Notes: generated by a model not told the origin, from the letters alone. Positions 1 through 12,859 are shown, numbered from the stretch's first letter. The stretch: DNA of 64,000 nt from Limnothrix sp. BL-A-16 (GCA_041937175.2 CP166615.1:1824001-1888000), one strand, 5' to 3'. A program made the numbers and translations.

Positions 1-441
1 AAATTGATTCAAAACTTAAATTTGCAATGTAAAAAAAATTACAGACTAGCCTCAATTAATGGTTAATCTGTTGATCTCGTCCGGGCAAAATCTTTAGGAA
101 ATATTGAAGAAATATTGCGACTATCTGAGAAAACATCTGAAATTCATTCAGAATCATTTCGTTCAACCATGACAGTCATCTCACTTTCTTGACCAAGATC
201 TGGAACAAGGCGATGAAGGTTTTTGTTTTAAGTTTTGATCTCTCAAAATGGCAAAAACCCTGATCAAGCTAAATGAGAATTGGTTGAGTCAACCCTCATT
301 TTAAAAGCCAGTTTGGTCAGGAGTGCGGGATGGCAAATCAAAATTTTTCTTTATACTAAAGCAGTAACTAGGACAGTGACCTACACTCAAGTTTCGGGCT
401 TCTGAAATTCCCGTGACACTACTTTCCCTGAGTCTGAACCC

Positions 442-3400
442 ATGACGAGTGCGCCCGGTTCCACCAACCCAGCGATCGCCCATCTTCCGGCATACCAGGT
501 TCTTGAGCTGATGTATGAAGGCACAAGAACACTAGTCTATCGCGCAGTGGAAAAGGCAACCCAGCGATCGGTCATCATTAAAGTTCTGTCTCAGGAATAT
601 CCGAGTTTTGCAGAATTAGTGCAGTTTCGCAATCAATATACGGTCACCAAAAACTTACCCATTGACGGTATTGTTCACCCCCTCAGCCTAATTCCCTACG
701 GCAATGGATATGGGTTGGTGATGGAAGATTTTGGCGCAATTTCCCTTGCTCAATATCTTCAAGACAATACAGTCACTCTCGTTGAAATTCTAGAAATTGC
801 AGTTCGTTTGGTTGAAATTCTCCATGAATTGCATCAATATCGCGTTATTCATAAAGATATTAAGCCAACTAATATTCTCATTGACCCCACTTCCAAACAG
901 GTCAAATTAATTGACTTTGGAATTGCTTCTCTGTTGCCCAAGGAAACGCAATCCCTTCAAAGCCCCAAAAGTTTGGAAGGAACCCTCGCCTATTTGGCTC
1001 CAGAACAAACGGGGCGCATGAATCGGGCGATCGATTATCGATCTGATTTTTATGCCCTAGGAGTTACGTTCTATCAAATGTTGACGGGAGAATTACCGTT
1101 TAAGGGTCAAGATCCTCTGGAGCTAATTCATTGCCATATGACGCAAATTCCACCAGCGGTGGATGTGTTGAACCCTCAGGTTCCTGGCATGGTGGCGGCG
1201 ATTGTCAACAAGTTGATGGCCAAAAATGCGGAGGATCGCTACCAAAGTGCTTTGGGGTTGAAGCATGACCTGGAGCATTGCCTCAACCAATATGCCCTTC
1301 AAGGGCGGGTGGCAGTTTTTTCCTTGGGCGATCGGGACTTAAACGATCGATTCCTAATTCCTGAAAAACTTTATGGTCGCCAAACAGAAGTTCAAGCCCT
1401 TTTAGATGCGTTCGATCGCGTGGCCCAGGGAGTCTCGGAATTAATGTTAGTGGCGGGATTTTCCGGCATTGGCAAAACCGCCGTGGTTAGTGAAGTCCAT
1501 AAGCCGATCGTGCGCCAACGAGGCTACTTCATCAAGGGAAAATTTGATCAATTTAATCGCAATATTCCCTTTTCGGCCTTTGTCCAAGCGTTTCGAGATT
1601 TGATGGGGCAGCTTCTCTCGGAATCTGACCAACAACTTGCCCAATGGCGCACCAAAATTTTGACAGCCCTGGGAACCAACGGGCAGGTACTCGTTGAAGT
1701 GATTCCTGAGTTAGAGCGGATTATTGGTTCGCAACCACCGGCTCCGGAATTGTCCGGTTCGGCGGCTCAAAATCGATTTAATTTGCTCTTTCAGAATTTC
1801 CTCCAAATCTTTACCCAAGCGACCCATCCCCTGGTTTTATTTTTGGATGATTTGCAGTGGGCTGATTCGGCCTCTTTGCAACTGATTAAGATCCTAATGG
1901 ATGGTCATCCCTATCTTTTATTATTGGGAACCTATCGAGACAATGAAGTCTCGCCTGCCCATCCGTTAATGTTGACCATTGAGGAGCTAAAAAAAGCAGA
2001 GGTCACACTGCAAACAATTACCCTTGCCCCCCTAGGGTTTCAAGATACTAATCAGTTGGTGGCGGAAACTCTACATTGCGGCTTGGATCGATCGCGCCTG
2101 CTGACGGAGCTAATTTATCTTCGCACCCAAGGAAATCCCTTCTTTACGGCCCAATTTTTGAAGGCCCTCAAAGAAGATGGCTATATTTTGTTTGACCGCG
2201 AGCAAGGCATTTGGGAATGCGACTTAGCGCCCATCAGCACCCTGTCTTTAACGGACAATGTGGTGGAATTTATGGCCTTGCAGCTTCAGAAGTTGCCCGC
2301 GGCCACTCAAGGCGTTTTGAAGCTAGCCGCTTGTATTGGCAACCAGTTTGATTTGAGCACCTTGGCCATTGTTTCTGAGCAGTCAGAAACGGAGACCGCC
2401 GCTGCCCTCTGGAAAGCATTGCAAGAGGGGTTAATTTTGCCCCAAAGCGAGGTTTATAAATTCTATTTGGGTCAAGAAATCCCAGAGGCAACGGAAACAG
2501 AAACCACAGTGAGCGATCGGGCTGTTTATCGCTTTTTGCACGATCGCGTTCAACAGGCGGCCTATGCCTTGATTGATGACGACCAAAAACAGGCAACTCA
2601 TCTCTGTGTGGGTCAGTTGCTGTTGGAGCAACTTTCAGAGCGCGATCGGGAAGAGCGGATCTTTGAAATTGTTAACCACCTCAACGTGGGTCAAGCGCTC
2701 ATTGCAGCCCCCAGCCAACAGCGAGAATTAGCCCAATTAAATTTCTTAGCCGGTTGCAAGGCCAAAGCCGCCACCGCCTACGCAGCCGCATTGACCTATA
2801 TTCGCACGGCGATCGAGTTACTACCGGAGGCGATCGCCCAAAAAGACTATGACCTCAGTTTTAGACTCGATAAAGAACGGGCAGAAATTGAATATTTGAA
2901 CGGCAACTTAGAAGCAGCAGAAATCTGGATTCAAAGAGCCTTGGGCAAGGCCAAAACTTCCTTGGAAAAAGCTGATGTTTACAATATGTCGATCTTGCAA
3001 TATACCTTGCAAGCCAAATATCCCGAAGCGATTCAAGCGGGCCGTCAAGGCTTAGCCCTTTTGGATATTGACCTGCCTATTGACCACCTGGAAGCGGCCC
3101 TGGCTCAAGAATTAGACCAAGCTAAAACATTGGCTAATCATAATTCCTTTGAGGTGCTCACTCAGTTGCCGATCATGACTGAGCCAGAGCAAAAAATGGC
3201 CATCAAGCTGTTAATTAGCATGGGGCCGCCCACCTATCGCTCCCATCAACGGCTATGGTCGGTCATTTGTGCCAAGGCGGTGAATCTTTGTTTGCAATAT
3301 GGCAACACACCGGAAATTGGCTACATCTACCCGGCTTTTGGTGGACTGCGGGGCTATGCCTTGAATAACTATCAAGGCACTGATCAATTGCTGGATATTA

Positions 3401-5877
3401 CCCTGCAGTTAATTCAAGCTTTTAATAACAAGTCCGCTGAAAGCGTGGCTTATCTGATGATTGGCAGTTCCTTGCGCCATTGGTCAGATCCCCTCAAAAT
3501 CGCCACGGAAGATTATCTATCTTCCTATCGAGTGGGGCTGGAATCGAGCAATTTGCAATACGCGGCCTACGCCTTTGGCCATAATATGTATTGCCGGTTT
3601 TATCAAAGCCTGCCTCTAGATCAACTGTTTGATGAAATTACAGAGTATTTAAATTTTAGTCGCAAGCATAAAAATCAGTGGGCGATCGATCTGATGTTGG
3701 GTGGGCTGTCCGTGGTTGCCAATCTCCTAGACCCTGAGTATGACCCAACGGACTTATCGATCGGCTGGGGAAAAATTCAGTCGGAGCTAGCCTACTTGGA
3801 ACAATGCCGAATTCACAAAAATTGGCAAGTTATTTGCATTTTCAATATTCTGCGCACTCAAGTTCTTCTGATTTTTGATCAACTGGAAGAGGCCTATTAT
3901 TACGGTCAGCAGGCAGAGTCAGAAATTATTAATGTGGCTCCTCAAGGGTTGTTACCCTATGTTCATCACTGTTTTGTTTATGCGCTGCTCTTAGCTGCTC
4001 GATATGAGCAAACCCCTGAAGAGCAAAAAGCCAGGGATTGGACAACCATTATTCGCTATCGTGACCAGCTCAAAATTTGGGCCGATAACTGTCCTGAAAA
4101 TTTCTTGCATCTTTACTTTTTGGTGAAGGCAGAAACCGATCGCCTCACCAATCAATATCCTGAGGCGATCGAGTCCTATGATTGGGCGATCGCCAACGCC
4201 AAAGGCATGGGCTATCTCCAGGAAGAAGCCCTGGCCAATGAACTGGCTGCGAAGTTTTATATGGGTTGGGGTAAGGAGAAAATTGCCGCTGTTTATCTCC
4301 AGGAAGCCTACTATTGCTATGCCCGCTGGGGAGCCAAAGCCAAAATTCGAGATCTGGAAATTCGCTATCCCAAATTGTTGCGACCAATTCTTCAGGCGAG
4401 TTCCACCTCGGTTGACTTTCTCAACACATTGATGACTCTTACTTCGGTTAACCCGACCATCCACAGCAGCACACATAAAAGTGCCAGCAGCGCTCGGCTT
4501 AACCAAACCTTGGACTTTGCCAGCATTTTGCGAGCATCACAGGCCCTTTCTAGCACCATTCAATTAGAGGAATTGTTGGGTCAGCTTACACAAATTATTT
4601 TGCAGAACTCCGGAGCAGAACGTTGCGTTTTGGTGCTAGCTGATGATAGTGGAAGCTGGCAAGTGCGCGCTACGGCCACACTGAAATTAACCCAATTGGG
4701 AAATGATCCTTTAACCGATCATAGTCAAGTGCCAGCCAAGCTCATTCGGTATGTAAAAAATACCCAAGAACTGGTCGTTATTGATGATTTGGTTACGGAT
4801 TTGCCAGTCATTGGGAATTATTTAAATCAACACCAACCGAAGAGCGTCCTCTGTTTACCGATCCTCAATCAGGGACAATTACTGGGTTGTTTGTATTTGG
4901 AAAATCGGCTAACCGCCGGAGTTTTCACCAACGATCGAGTGATTATTCTCAACTTCCTTTGTACGCAAGCGGCCATTTCTCTTAACAATGCCAAGCTTTA
5001 TCAGCAGGTGCAACAGTCTTTCACGGACTTACAGCAAGCGCAATTAAAGCTAGTTCAAAGTGAAAAAATGTCGGCTTTGGGAAGTTTAGTGGCGGGAGTT
5101 GCCCACGAAATCAACAACCCGATCGGCTGCATTATTGGCAATATTGACGCAACCCAAATTTATATTGAAGATCTCCTGGGCTTGCTCGATCTCTATGCTC
5201 AAGAGTTGCCGAATCCCAGCGCCCAAATTCAAGCGGAATTGGAAGCAGTGGATTTGGACTATGTGCGCGATGATGCCATGCAACTGATTCGGGCCATGAA
5301 AGAAAGTGGCGATCGAATCCGTGCCATCAGCAAGAGTTTGCGAACCTTTTCCCGAGCGGATACGGAAAGCAAGCAATTGTTTGATGTGCGTGAAGGAATT
5401 GACAGCACCGTTTTGATCTTGCGCCATCGCCTGAAGGGCAATGATCACCGACCAGCGATTCATGTGGCAACCGATTATGATCCAGTGCCCGAAATTCATT
5501 GCTTTCCGGGGCAACTGAACCAGGTGTTTATGAATTTGTTAGCCAATGCGATCGATGCGTTGGATGAGGCCAGTCAAGGGCAGAGTTTTGCAGCGTTAAC
5601 TGCCGCTGCTCAGGCAATTTCCATTCGCGTCACGTCCGATCAAGCAACTGTTCAAGTCACGATCGCGGACAACGGGGTGGGAATTCCTGAGGAAATTATC
5701 GGCAAGATTTTTGACCAGGCATTCACCACCAAGGCAGTGGGTCGCGGAACGGGGCTAGGATTGGCGATCGCCCGCCAAATTGTGGTGGATATTCATGGGG
5801 GCAGCTTGGAGGCAAAATCAACGATCGGTCAGGGGACAGAATTTGTGATTTGCTTGCCGATCGATCACCCCAATTGA
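442..5877 (+). CDS. HstK-type hybrid kinase: Ser/Thr kinase + AAA/STAND-like ATPase + helical repeats + GAF + histidine kinase
   Basis: [14 protein letters not shown] kinase motifs; Walker A GFSGIGKT; Walker [12 protein letters not shown]-like region ([13 protein letters not shown]); H-box AHEINNP; HATPase [20 protein letters not shown]. Confidence 0.95.
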   Translation: MTSAPGSTNPAIAHLPAYQVLELMYEGTRTLVYRAVEKATQRSVIIKVLSQEYPSFAELVQFRNQYTVTKNLPIDGIVHPLSLIPYGNGYGLVMEDFGAISLAQYLQDNTVTLVEILEIAVRLVEILHELHQYRVIHKDIKPTNILIDPTSKQVKLIDFGIASLLPKETQSLQSPKSLEGTLAYLAPEQTGRMNRAIDYRSDFYALGVTFYQMLTGELPFKGQDPLELIHCHMTQIPPAVDVLNPQVPGMVAAIVNKLMAKNAEDRYQSALGLKHDLEHCLNQYALQGRVAVFSLGDRDLNDRFLIPEKLYGRQTEVQALLDAFDRVAQGVSELMLVAGFSGIGKTAVVSEVHKPIVRQRGYFIKGKFDQFNRNIPFSAFVQAFRDLMGQLLSESDQQLAQWRTKILTALGTNGQVLVEVIPELERIIGSQPPAPELSGSAAQNRFNLLFQNFLQIFTQATHPLVLFLDDLQWADSASLQLIKILMDGHPYLLLLGTYRDNEVSPAHPLMLTIEELKKAEVTLQTITLAPLGFQDTNQLVAETLHCGLDRSRLLTELIYLRTQGNPFFTAQFLKALKEDGYILFDREQGIWECDLAPISTLSLTDNVVEFMALQLQKLPAATQGVLKLAACIGNQFDLSTLAIVSEQSETETAAALWKALQEGLILPQSEVYKFYLGQEIPEATETETTVSDRAVYRFLHDRVQQAAYALIDDDQKQATHLCVGQLLLEQLSERDREERIFEIVNHLNVGQALIAAPSQQRELAQLNFLAGCKAKAATAYAAALTYIRTAIELLPEAIAQKDYDLSFRLDKERAEIEYLNGNLEAAEIWIQRALGKAKTSLEKADVYNMSILQYTLQAKYPEAIQAGRQGLALLDIDLPIDHLEAALAQELDQAKTLANHNSFEVLTQLPIMTEPEQKMAIKLLISMGPPTYRSHQRLWSVICAKAVNLCLQYGNTPEIGYIYPAFGGLRGYALNNYQGTDQLLDITLQLIQAFNNKSAESVAYLMIGSSLRHWSDPLKIATEDYLSSYRVGLESSNLQYAAYAFGHNMYCRFYQSLPLDQLFDEITEYLNFSRKHKNQWAIDLMLGGLSVVANLLDPEYDPTDLSIGWGKIQSELAYLEQCRIHKNWQVICIFNILRTQVLLIFDQLEEAYYYGQQAESEIINVAPQGLLPYVHHCFVYALLLAARYEQTPEEQKARDWTTIIRYRDQLKIWADNCPENFLHLYFLVKAETDRLTNQYPEAIESYDWAIANAKGMGYLQEEALANELAAKFYMGWGKEKIAAVYLQEAYYCYARWGAKAKIRDLEIRYPKLLRPILQASSTSVDFLNTLMTLTSVNPTIHSSTHKSASSARLNQTLDFASILRASQALSSTIQLEELLGQLTQIILQNSGAERCVLVLADDSGSWQVRATATLKLTQLGNDPLTDHSQVPAKLIRYVKNTQELVVIDDLVTDLPVIGNYLNQHQPKSVLCLPILNQGQLLGCLYLENRLTAGVFTNDRVIILNFLCTQAAISLNNAKLYQQVQQSFTDLQQAQLKLVQSEKMSALGSLVAGVAHEINNPIGCIIGNIDATQIYIEDLLGLLDLYAQELPNPSAQIQAELEAVDLDYVRDDAMQLIRAMKESGDRIRAISKSLRTFSRADTESKQLFDVREGIDSTVLILRHRLKGNDHRPAIHVATDYDPVPEIHCFPGQLNQVFMNLLANAIDALDEASQGQSFAALTAAAQAISIRVTSDQATVQVTIADNGVGIPEEIIGKIFDQAFTTKAVGRGTGLGLAIARQIVVDIHGGSLEAKSTIGQGTEFVICLPIDHPN

Positions 5878-5900
5878 TCTGTAATCAATTGCTCATCAAA

Positions 5901-6075
5901 TAGACTTCTTGCACGAATCAGCTCACAGCCCTCATCCCCCAACCCCTTCTCCCAAGGAGGGCGAAGGGGAGTCAGAAATCGGGAGTTACGGCGATTTTGT
6001 TGTTATTCGTCAAGTCCCTCTCCCAACTTGGGAGAGGGATTTAGGGTGAGGGTTTTGATTGATGCAAGAGGTCTA
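5901..6075. mobile_element. MITE-like element (175 bp) with 20-bp imperfect TIRs and internal REP-like hairpins
   Basis: Left TAGACTTCTTGCACGAATCA vs right TGATTGATGCAAGAGGTCTA (17/20 complementary); internal hairpins CCCCTTCTCCC..GGGCGAAGGGG and TCCCTCTCCCAA..TTGGGAGAGGGA; non-coding, between convergent genes. Confidence 0.7.
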
Positions 6076-6167
6076 ATGCATTGCTCATCGATCGCCCCCA
6101 TGAATTGTTTCGCCTTCATGAATCGTTAATGCGATCCAGAATCTGAAATTTAATCCCAGAAATAATC

Positions 6168-6776
6168 CTATCCAAGAAATTGGATAGCCCCTTGGCGCAA
6201 CAGTTCCCAGCCCGTCGGCCCCCAGCGCACCACGGTGGATGGCTCGCCGGAACCCACTTCCGAATCGCCCATAGCCGCCACTTCATCGGGGCTAAGGGTC
6301 AGCAGTTCGGGAAATTCCCGGTTGATGTCCGCGATCGTCCGCAGAGGAGGTTGCCCCGATCGATTCACACTGGTGGTGAGCAGCGGCCCCGTTTGGGCCA
6401 AAATCGCCTTGGCCACTTCGCAGGCGGGAACCCGCAGCCCGATCGAGCGCGTGGGGCCCAAGATGTCGTTCATGGGCGGCAGGCGATCGCTCTGGGCAGG
6501 CAACACGATCGTTAAGGCTCCCGGCCAATAGTCTTGGGCGATCGCCTGCCATTGGCCCAGGTCACCAGCCCGATCGTCCACATAGGGCCACAAATCCGCT
6601 GGCTGGGCCCCCATCAAAATCAAGGGCTTTTGGAAATCGCGCTGCTTGGTGGCATAGACCGCCGGGGCCCGATCGGGCCGGGCCGCCAGGGCCGGAACCG
6701 TATCCGTGGGGAAGCTGGCGAGGGCGGTTCCTGTCCGCAAACCAGCGATCAGGGCTGAGAGGGTGACTTGGGGCAA
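6168..6776 (-). CDS. tsaC: L-threonylcarbamoyladenylate synthase (Sua5/YrdC family)
   Basis: FPTDTV, KQR...KPLIL, WPGALT, IGLRVP, TTSVNRSG, PSTVV, LLRQGAI motifs; TTG start. Confidence 0.9.
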   Translation of the reverse strand: MPQVTLSALIAGLRTGTALASFPTDTVPALAARPDRAPAVYATKQRDFQKPLILMGAQPADLWPYVDDRAGDLGQWQAIAQDYWPGALTIVLPAQSDRLPPMNDILGPTRSIGLRVPACEVAKAILAQTGPLLTTSVNRSGQPPLRTIADINREFPELLTLSPDEVAAMGDSEVGSGEPSTVVRWGPTGWELLRQGAIQFLG

Positions 6777-6899
6777 GCTGAGAACTCCTGGTGCGATCGC
6801 AACAGTTGGCCAAATCGGCGAAAAATTACAAGAAATTGGGAGAGATTAGGAAAAATCAGGGTGCGAGAACTGCGGGCGCTTGGCACAACCGGGCGCAAC

Positions 6900-7047
6900 C
6901 TAGTGGCGTGACAGGCTCCATTCATTGGGTCAAAGGCACGAAGCCAGTCGTAGTAACAAGGGGCTTAAGCCCCTTGCTGCCTAACGAGTTGGTGACGGCA
7001 ACAGTCATTTAACTTGACCTATCAAAATAAGCTTGCCGAACTACTAG
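6900..7047. mobile_element. MITE family A copy 1 (148 bp, CTAG-ended)
   Basis: Ends CTAGTGGCGTGACAGGCT / AGCTTGCCGAACTACTAG; colinear with 57712-57859 (same length); central palindrome CAAGGGGCTTAAGCCCCTTG at 6957-6976. Confidence 0.7.
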
Positions 7048-7062
7048 CCGCTGCATCAACCC

Positions 7063-10050
7063 CTAAACCTCATCATCTTCGTCATAGAACCGGGTGGAAA
7101 AAACAGGCTCCGACATCTTGCTTGTGGGAATTAGGGGTGGCTGCTCTGTGTCGAGGGAGTCGAGGGCCGGCAAATCAACCACCGTGGGAATGATTGGGGG
7201 GTCGGTTGTCGCATCCTTCGCCTCGTCTGCCAGGGGATCCAAGTCCCGATCGACTGCCGCAACGGCAAAGTCACCCCGATCGCCCGCTTCATCTCGATCG
7301 ATCGGGTCGATCGCCGGGGGATTGAGCACCTCGGGGAGGGTTGGCGGCTGCGGTGGGTTCGGCTCCGAATCCGTCGCTTCGTCGGGATGCACCGTGGCCC
7401 GATCGCTGGCCCGGCGAAACACCAAGCTGGTTTGACCATTCATCTCGATCGCTTCCACCTCGATCGTGTCGCCTTCGGTGAATTCTCCGGCCAGGATTTG
7501 ATCGGCGATCGGGTTTTCCAATTCCTTTTGGATCGCTCGCTTCAGGGGACGGGCCCCATACACCGGGTCGTAGCCCACATCAGCAATGTAGGTTTTGGCT
7601 GATTCAGACAGGGCGATCGCGATTTTTTGATCGGCCAACAGTCGCTCAATCCGCTTCATTTGAATGGAAACAATTTGTCGCAAATTCGCCTTTGAGAGGG
7701 CTTCAAAAATAATCGTTTCATCCACCCGATTCAAAAACTCGGGGCGGAAGTGCGATCGCAAAGCCTTCAGCACCCGATCGCGCATTTCGTCGTAGCCTTC
7801 CTCTTCCAGGCTGGATTTTAAAATATGCTCGCTGCCCAGATTACTGGTCATGATCAAAATGGTGTTCCGGAAATCCGCCACACGCCCTTGACCATCCGTT
7901 AAGCGCCCATCATCGAGCACTTGCAGCAAGATATTAAAAATGTCCGGGTGTGCCTTTTCTACTTCATCAAACAAAATCACCGAATAGGGATGCCGCCGCA
8001 CCGCGTCGGTGAGCTGGCCACCCGCTTCATAGCCCACATATCCCGGCGGCGCACCCACCAACCGCAACACATTTTGCTTTTCCATATATTCGGACATATC
8101 AATCCGAATCATGGCATCTTCGCTATCAAATAGCAGTTCCGCCAAGGCGCGGGCCAATTCCGTTTTACCGACTCCCGTGGGCCCCAAAAACAGAAAGGAA
8201 CCGATCGGGCGGCCCGGGTCTTTCATGCCAGCGCGGGCCCGGCGAATGGCAGCGGCCACGGCGGTGATCGCCTCCTGTTGGCCAATCACGCGATCGTGTA
8301 AATAGCGCTCCAATTGCAGGAGTTTTTGGCGCTCCGATTCCATCAACCGATTCACCGGAATGCCGGTCCATTTCGCCACCACTTCCGCAATATCCGCTTC
8401 CGTGACCTGCTCCCGCAACATGGGCACGGCCATTTGCGTTTGGATGGCCAACAATTGGGATTCCTTAGCGGCCCGCTCCTCTTGAATGCGCTCTAGGTCA
8501 CCATACTTAAGCTGGGCTGCCAAGTTGAGATCATAGTCTCGTTCCGCTTGCTCAACTTGTTTTTGCAGGGTGCTTTCTTGCTCTTTTAAATTGCCAATTT
8601 CATCGAGTAATTCTTTCTCGCCCCGCCACTGTTGATCCAGCTCCGTTTGTTGGCTCTGGAGGGTGCTAATTTCAGCTTCAATGCGCAGCAGTCGATCGCG
8701 CGAGGCCGTTTCGCCCTGCAAGGACAACCGCTCCATTTCCAATTGCCGTAGCCGTCGTTCGATCGTCTCCAACTCCACCGGCTTAGAGGTGATTTCCATT
8801 TTTAATTTGGCGGCCGCTTCGTCCACCACATCGATCGCCTTATCGGGCAAGAATCGATCGGGAATATAGCGATTGGAGAGCTGAGTGGCCGCCACCAAAG
8901 CCGCATCGGAAATCTTCACCCCGTGGTGAACTTCATAGCGCTCCTTCAGACCCCGCAGGATCGAAACCGTCACGTCGATTGTCGGCTCTTCCACCAACAC
9001 CTGCTGGAATCGCCGTTCCAGGGCCGGATCCTTCTCCACGTGGGTGCGATATTCATCGAGGGTGGTGGCTCCAATGCACCGCAGTTCCCCCCGCGCCAAC
9101 ATCGGTTTCAGCAGGCTGCCCGCGTCCATGGCGCTGCTTTGGCCCGATCCCGTGCCGATGATCGTGTGCAGCTCATCGATGAACAACACCACGGAGCCGC
9201 CCGAGTGGGTCACGGCCCGCAGAACCGATCGCAGCCGTTCTTCAAACTCGCCCCGAAACTTGGCTCCGGCGATCAGGCTGCCCATATCCAGCACAATTAA
9301 CCGCCGATTTTTGAGGGATTCCGGCACATCTCCATTCACAATCCGTTGGGCCAAGCCTTCCACCACAGCGGTTTTGCCCACGCCCGGCTCCCCAATTAAC
9401 ACTGGGTTATTTTTGCTGCGGCGTGAGAGCACCTGAATCACACGGCGAATTTCCTCATCGCGGCCAATCACCGGATCCAATTTGCCGGCCCGGGCCTGTT
9501 CGGTCAGGTCGCGCCCAAAGCGCTCTAGGGCTTCCAGGGGATCTTCTTCCTTGCTCACACTGTCCCGGGCGGGGCCAGCGGCTTCAGTCGATCGCTCCTG
9601 GGCCTTGATGGCGCTGCGAATTTCCCGAATGGCCGCCTCCACGTCCTGGGGATCCACCCGTAACGATCGCAGAATTTTGCGCCCCACCCGATCGTCATCG
9701 GCAAAGGCCAACAGCAGGTGATCAATGCCAATTTCCCGATCGCCCCAGGACTCCCGAGCCACATCAGCCCGATCGAGCAGGGCATCTAACCCCCGCCCCA
9801 AGTAGAGCTGGTCACCCGCGCCGCCCCGGGGTTGTCGTTGGCCAAAATTTTCCAACTGCCGCGCCACCTGGGCCGGATCCAGTTGGGCCCGCTCCAGCAC
9901 CACCGCCGCCGTGTCGTTGATTTCCAGCAGAGCCAAGATCACATGCTCCACCTCCAGGTTCTGCTGGCGCATCCGGCGGGCCACTTCTTGGGAATTAACG
10001 ATCGCTTCCCAGGCTTTTTCGGTGAACTGATTGGGGTCGGTGGGCTGCAT
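7063..10050 (-). CDS. clpB: ATP-dependent chaperone ClpB with long acidic/Pro-rich C-terminal extension
   Basis: Clp N-domain; two AAA modules ([16 protein letters not shown]); coiled-coil middle domain; [10 protein letters not shown]. Confidence 0.96.
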   Translation of the reverse strand: MQPTDPNQFTEKAWEAIVNSQEVARRMRQQNLEVEHVILALLEINDTAAVVLERAQLDPAQVARQLENFGQRQPRGGAGDQLYLGRGLDALLDRADVARESWGDREIGIDHLLLAFADDDRVGRKILRSLRVDPQDVEAAIREIRSAIKAQERSTEAAGPARDSVSKEEDPLEALERFGRDLTEQARAGKLDPVIGRDEEIRRVIQVLSRRSKNNPVLIGEPGVGKTAVVEGLAQRIVNGDVPESLKNRRLIVLDMGSLIAGAKFRGEFEERLRSVLRAVTHSGGSVVLFIDELHTIIGTGSGQSSAMDAGSLLKPMLARGELRCIGATTLDEYRTHVEKDPALERRFQQVLVEEPTIDVTVSILRGLKERYEVHHGVKISDAALVAATQLSNRYIPDRFLPDKAIDVVDEAAAKLKMEITSKPVELETIERRLRQLEMERLSLQGETASRDRLLRIEAEISTLQSQQTELDQQWRGEKELLDEIGNLKEQESTLQKQVEQAERDYDLNLAAQLKYGDLERIQEERAAKESQLLAIQTQMAVPMLREQVTEADIAEVVAKWTGIPVNRLMESERQKLLQLERYLHDRVIGQQEAITAVAAAIRRARAGMKDPGRPIGSFLFLGPTGVGKTELARALAELLFDSEDAMIRIDMSEYMEKQNVLRLVGAPPGYVGYEAGGQLTDAVRRHPYSVILFDEVEKAHPDIFNILLQVLDDGRLTDGQGRVADFRNTILIMTSNLGSEHILKSSLEEEGYDEMRDRVLKALRSHFRPEFLNRVDETIIFEALSKANLRQIVSIQMKRIERLLADQKIAIALSESAKTYIADVGYDPVYGARPLKRAIQKELENPIADQILAGEFTEGDTIEVEAIEMNGQTSLVFRRASDRATVHPDEATDSEPNPPQPPTLPEVLNPPAIDPIDRDEAGDRGDFAVAAVDRDLDPLADEAKDATTDPPIIPTVVDLPALDSLDTEQPPLIPTSKMSEPVFSTRFYDEDDEV

Positions 10051-10129
10051 GGATGGCGCTAGGAAAAGTGAGCATGGCCCGATCGTAGTCGATCGGGAGT
10101 GCCTACGAGGACGTTGGCTATTTTAGGGG

Positions 10130-11236
10130 TTAATCAACAGCCTGAAGACAAGTTTGGGCGAGCTGCTCCGCTTGGGCCGGGTCGATCGACTCAGGCGCTG
10201 CCAATACCTGGCCGTTCAGGCCGCTCCCTTGCCAGTAGTCCACAAACTCCGACGCAGCACCGCAGAGGATCCAGCGCGAGGGGGTTGCTTGGCCGTAGGC
10301 GGTGATGGTTTCGATCGCCAGGGAAAACCCGCCGGCCTTGAATTTGGGGTTCAACTCCCCGTCATATTCAAACTTGCTCAACATCAACTGCACCGCCCGC
10401 AAGGATCGGGCATCAAACCCAGGGGCATCGGTCAAGGTGCGGGCCCGAAACACCGGCCGCAAGGTTTGGAACGGAATTCGCACCGTTTGCCAGATGTTGT
10501 AGACCGTATCAAAGGAAGCGCAATAGCCAATGCCATCCCAGCGGGATTCCGCGCGCAAAATGAGCTTGTAGCGCTGGCCATCACCCTTGATGCGCAATTC
10601 CAACCCCTCAAAGGCCGACAGATTAATCGGCTCCTGAAAATTGCGGGTGCGAATGGAGGCGAACCCCCCGGAATTATCGGTGGAAACATTGCCCGCAAAC
10701 AGGCCATATCCATTAAACAGACGCAGATCGCTGCTGCTGACTCCGCCCATCACCACGTCATCGATCGCCCCCCAAACTTGGGCCAGTTCGGGGCTGGGTT
10801 GCCGAAAGTCGCAAACCATTTGCGGCGATCGTTGGGTCGATCGGGCCGCTTGAGCCGCGCGATCGACCCAGGCTTCGGGGGCCGCCGCTCCAAAAATCAA
10901 AATCGCCGCCGCCTGTTCGATCGGCGCTTCCGCCCATTGCTCAAGGGTCAGCCAATGGAGGTTGGGATCAGCCGGCAGCCGGGCCCGATCGACCCCCAAG
11001 GCCCAAACTTGATAATTCCGTTGCAGGAGCGATCGCACCACCCGCCGGCCCACATCCCCACAGGCCCCCCACACCAGGGCGATCGGGCGCGGAGCCTGGG
11101 CTAAAGACGGTTCCATCCAATCCACCTTGGCCTGTGTCCCCATCAGTTTTTGTACCCAACCAAAATCACCAATCACGGGAAACACCCCAAAATAGCGCAG
11201 GGTGCTGACGAATCGATCAAATGCCCAAGTTGCCAT
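10130..11236 (-). CDS. CIA30-family protein with N-terminal Rossmann-like segment
   Basis: GACGDVG glycine loop; WGAIDDVVMGGVS, GGFASIRT, KGDGQRYK, MLSKFEYDGELNP CIA30 motifs. Confidence 0.88.
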   Translation of the reverse strand: MATWAFDRFVSTLRYFGVFPVIGDFGWVQKLMGTQAKVDWMEPSLAQAPRPIALVWGACGDVGRRVVRSLLQRNYQVWALGVDRARLPADPNLHWLTLEQWAEAPIEQAAAILIFGAAAPEAWVDRAAQAARSTQRSPQMVCDFRQPSPELAQVWGAIDDVVMGGVSSSDLRLFNGYGLFAGNVSTDNSGGFASIRTRNFQEPINLSAFEGLELRIKGDGQRYKLILRAESRWDGIGYCASFDTVYNIWQTVRIPFQTLRPVFRARTLTDAPGFDARSLRAVQLMLSKFEYDGELNPKFKAGGFSLAIETITAYGQATPSRWILCGAASEFVDYWQGSGLNGQVLAAPESIDPAQAEQLAQTCLQAVD

Positions 11237-11330
11237 TGGTTTGCGTGGGGTGAATCAACGGTCTAATCAAAGACTCGATGCAGTGGACTGTATTGATCCT
11301 AATGATTTCCCCCCATGCTTTGTGGAACCA

Positions 11331-11477
11331 TAGGGCCTGTCGTCATTATTTCGAGGCGATACTGAAACAGTTGATCTTCCATGCCCTAGTCGTCGCAACA
11401 AGGGGCTTGAGCATCTTGTCCCCCACGATCCGCTAACGGCAGACCTAGGGTTTCGTGCTCAACGACGACAGGCCCTA
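11331..11477. mobile_element. MITE family B copy 1 (147 bp)
   Basis: Perfect 14-bp TIR TAGGGCCTGTCGTC / GACGACAGGCCCTA; homologous to 18253-18398 and 28181-28249; core variant CAAGGGGCTTGAGCATCTTG at 11399-11418. Confidence 0.8.
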
Positions 11478-11486
11478 GGCCGTTAT

Positions 11487-12626
11487 TTAACCCAATCGGT
11501 GGCGCAACCAAAGGGCCATGAGCGGCAAAGCCACCCGATATCCCAACTCGGGTCCATAAACCAAACCCTTTTGTTGCAAGCTGGCCAGGGCCCCTTGCAG
11601 GCCGCCCCCCCGCGAAAGGCGGTGTTTTTGGACATATTCCCGCGCATGGGGGCGATCGGTCGGATCCAACGCCAAACTTTCCAGCAGCCGCACCTGGGAA
11701 TCGGGCAGCAACAACAGCAACGATTCAAACGTGGCCGACAAGTCCTCCACTAACCCGATCGCCGCGCGATCGACCTGCTCTGCCGTAATCGCCACCGGGG
11801 TCGCCGTCGATCGGCTCCGTTGCCCCGCCAGCACATCGAGCCAAATTCGCCGGGCCAGGGCGATCGACTCACCAAAATGGCCGCCCGCGTTCAGGGCAAA
11901 CCGCCGAATTGCTTCCGGAGTCCAGTGCAATCCCAGTCGATCGCTCCGTTCCCGCAGCCAGGGTTCCAATTCCGCCGCCGACAGGGGAGGCAGCAACAAA
12001 ATCGCCAAATTATGATCGGTGACCCACTCATCGGCCGTCGTGGCAATCAGGGCATAGCTCACTCGGGCTTGCCGTTGAATTTCGGCCCGCAAATATTGCT
12101 CCCAGCGCCCGTCACGATCCCATGACCTGAGGTGGGGCAAATTCGCCAAAACCATTACCACCCGATAGTTCAGGCCATCGGCCAACTGTTGAGGCAAGGC
12201 CAGCAGCGATTGAAAACTCGCCCATTGATCGGCCGTAGGCGGCAACCGCAGTTCTGGCCGATGCCCCCAGCGGATGGTGGCCCCCATGGTCTCGGCCCAC
12301 CGTTGCAGCGTTTGGCGCTCCCATTCTTGGCGGCAGGCTTGCAAAATGCCCGTGGCCAAACAGTCCACCAACCGCTCCGGACTCACGGCCCGCAAGCAAT
12401 CAATTTCCATGACCTGGGCCCCCAAACTGGCGGCCGCATAGGCCAAAAGGGTGCGCCGACCAATGCCCGGCACTCCGGCCAACAGCACGTCGCCATCCGC
12501 TTGCAAGATCTGACACAACTGCTCCCGATCGCTCACTCGGCCCACCAAATAGGGCGGAATAAAGGGATTCGGGGGAGGGCGATCGGGAAACACATTCGCA
12601 GCCGCCACGGGCGAAAGGATGACCAT
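11487..12626 (-). CDS. Conserved cyanobacterial P-loop ATPase-like protein with C-terminal winged helix (degenerate Walker motifs)
   Basis: PNPF..VGR; GVPGIGRRT variant Walker A; C-terminal ..LASLQQKGLVY; start placed at ATG 12626 (ORF open to 12662). Confidence 0.75.
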   Translation of the reverse strand: MVILSPVAAANVFPDRPPPNPFIPPYLVGRVSDREQLCQILQADGDVLLAGVPGIGRRTLLAYAAASLGAQVMEIDCLRAVSPERLVDCLATGILQACRQEWERQTLQRWAETMGATIRWGHRPELRLPPTADQWASFQSLLALPQQLADGLNYRVVMVLANLPHLRSWDRDGRWEQYLRAEIQRQARVSYALIATTADEWVTDHNLAILLLPPLSAAELEPWLRERSDRLGLHWTPEAIRRFALNAGGHFGESIALARRIWLDVLAGQRSRSTATPVAITAEQVDRAAIGLVEDLSATFESLLLLLPDSQVRLLESLALDPTDRPHAREYVQKHRLSRGGGLQGALASLQQKGLVYGPELGYRVALPLMALWLRHRLG

Positions 12627-12859
12627 TTTCACAACCTCAGCCAAACCAGTGACGGACTCCAATCAAGATCGATTGCGATCCTGATAGCACTATATAATAG
12701 TGCCAGCCGATCCCGCTGACTCATCTCGCCTTAGGGGATCGCAATTTTTAGCGATCAACGCGACCAAAGCCCATTTGCAAATTTCCTGATCCCAAACCCC
12801 GCGATCGCCCACCGTTCAACTAGAGCGATCGGGTTTGGTCACCCACCCCCTCCAGATCT

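Noticed and set aside
10154..11104. 316-aa plus-strand ORF
   Set aside because: Antisense shadow of the CIA30 gene with no motifs
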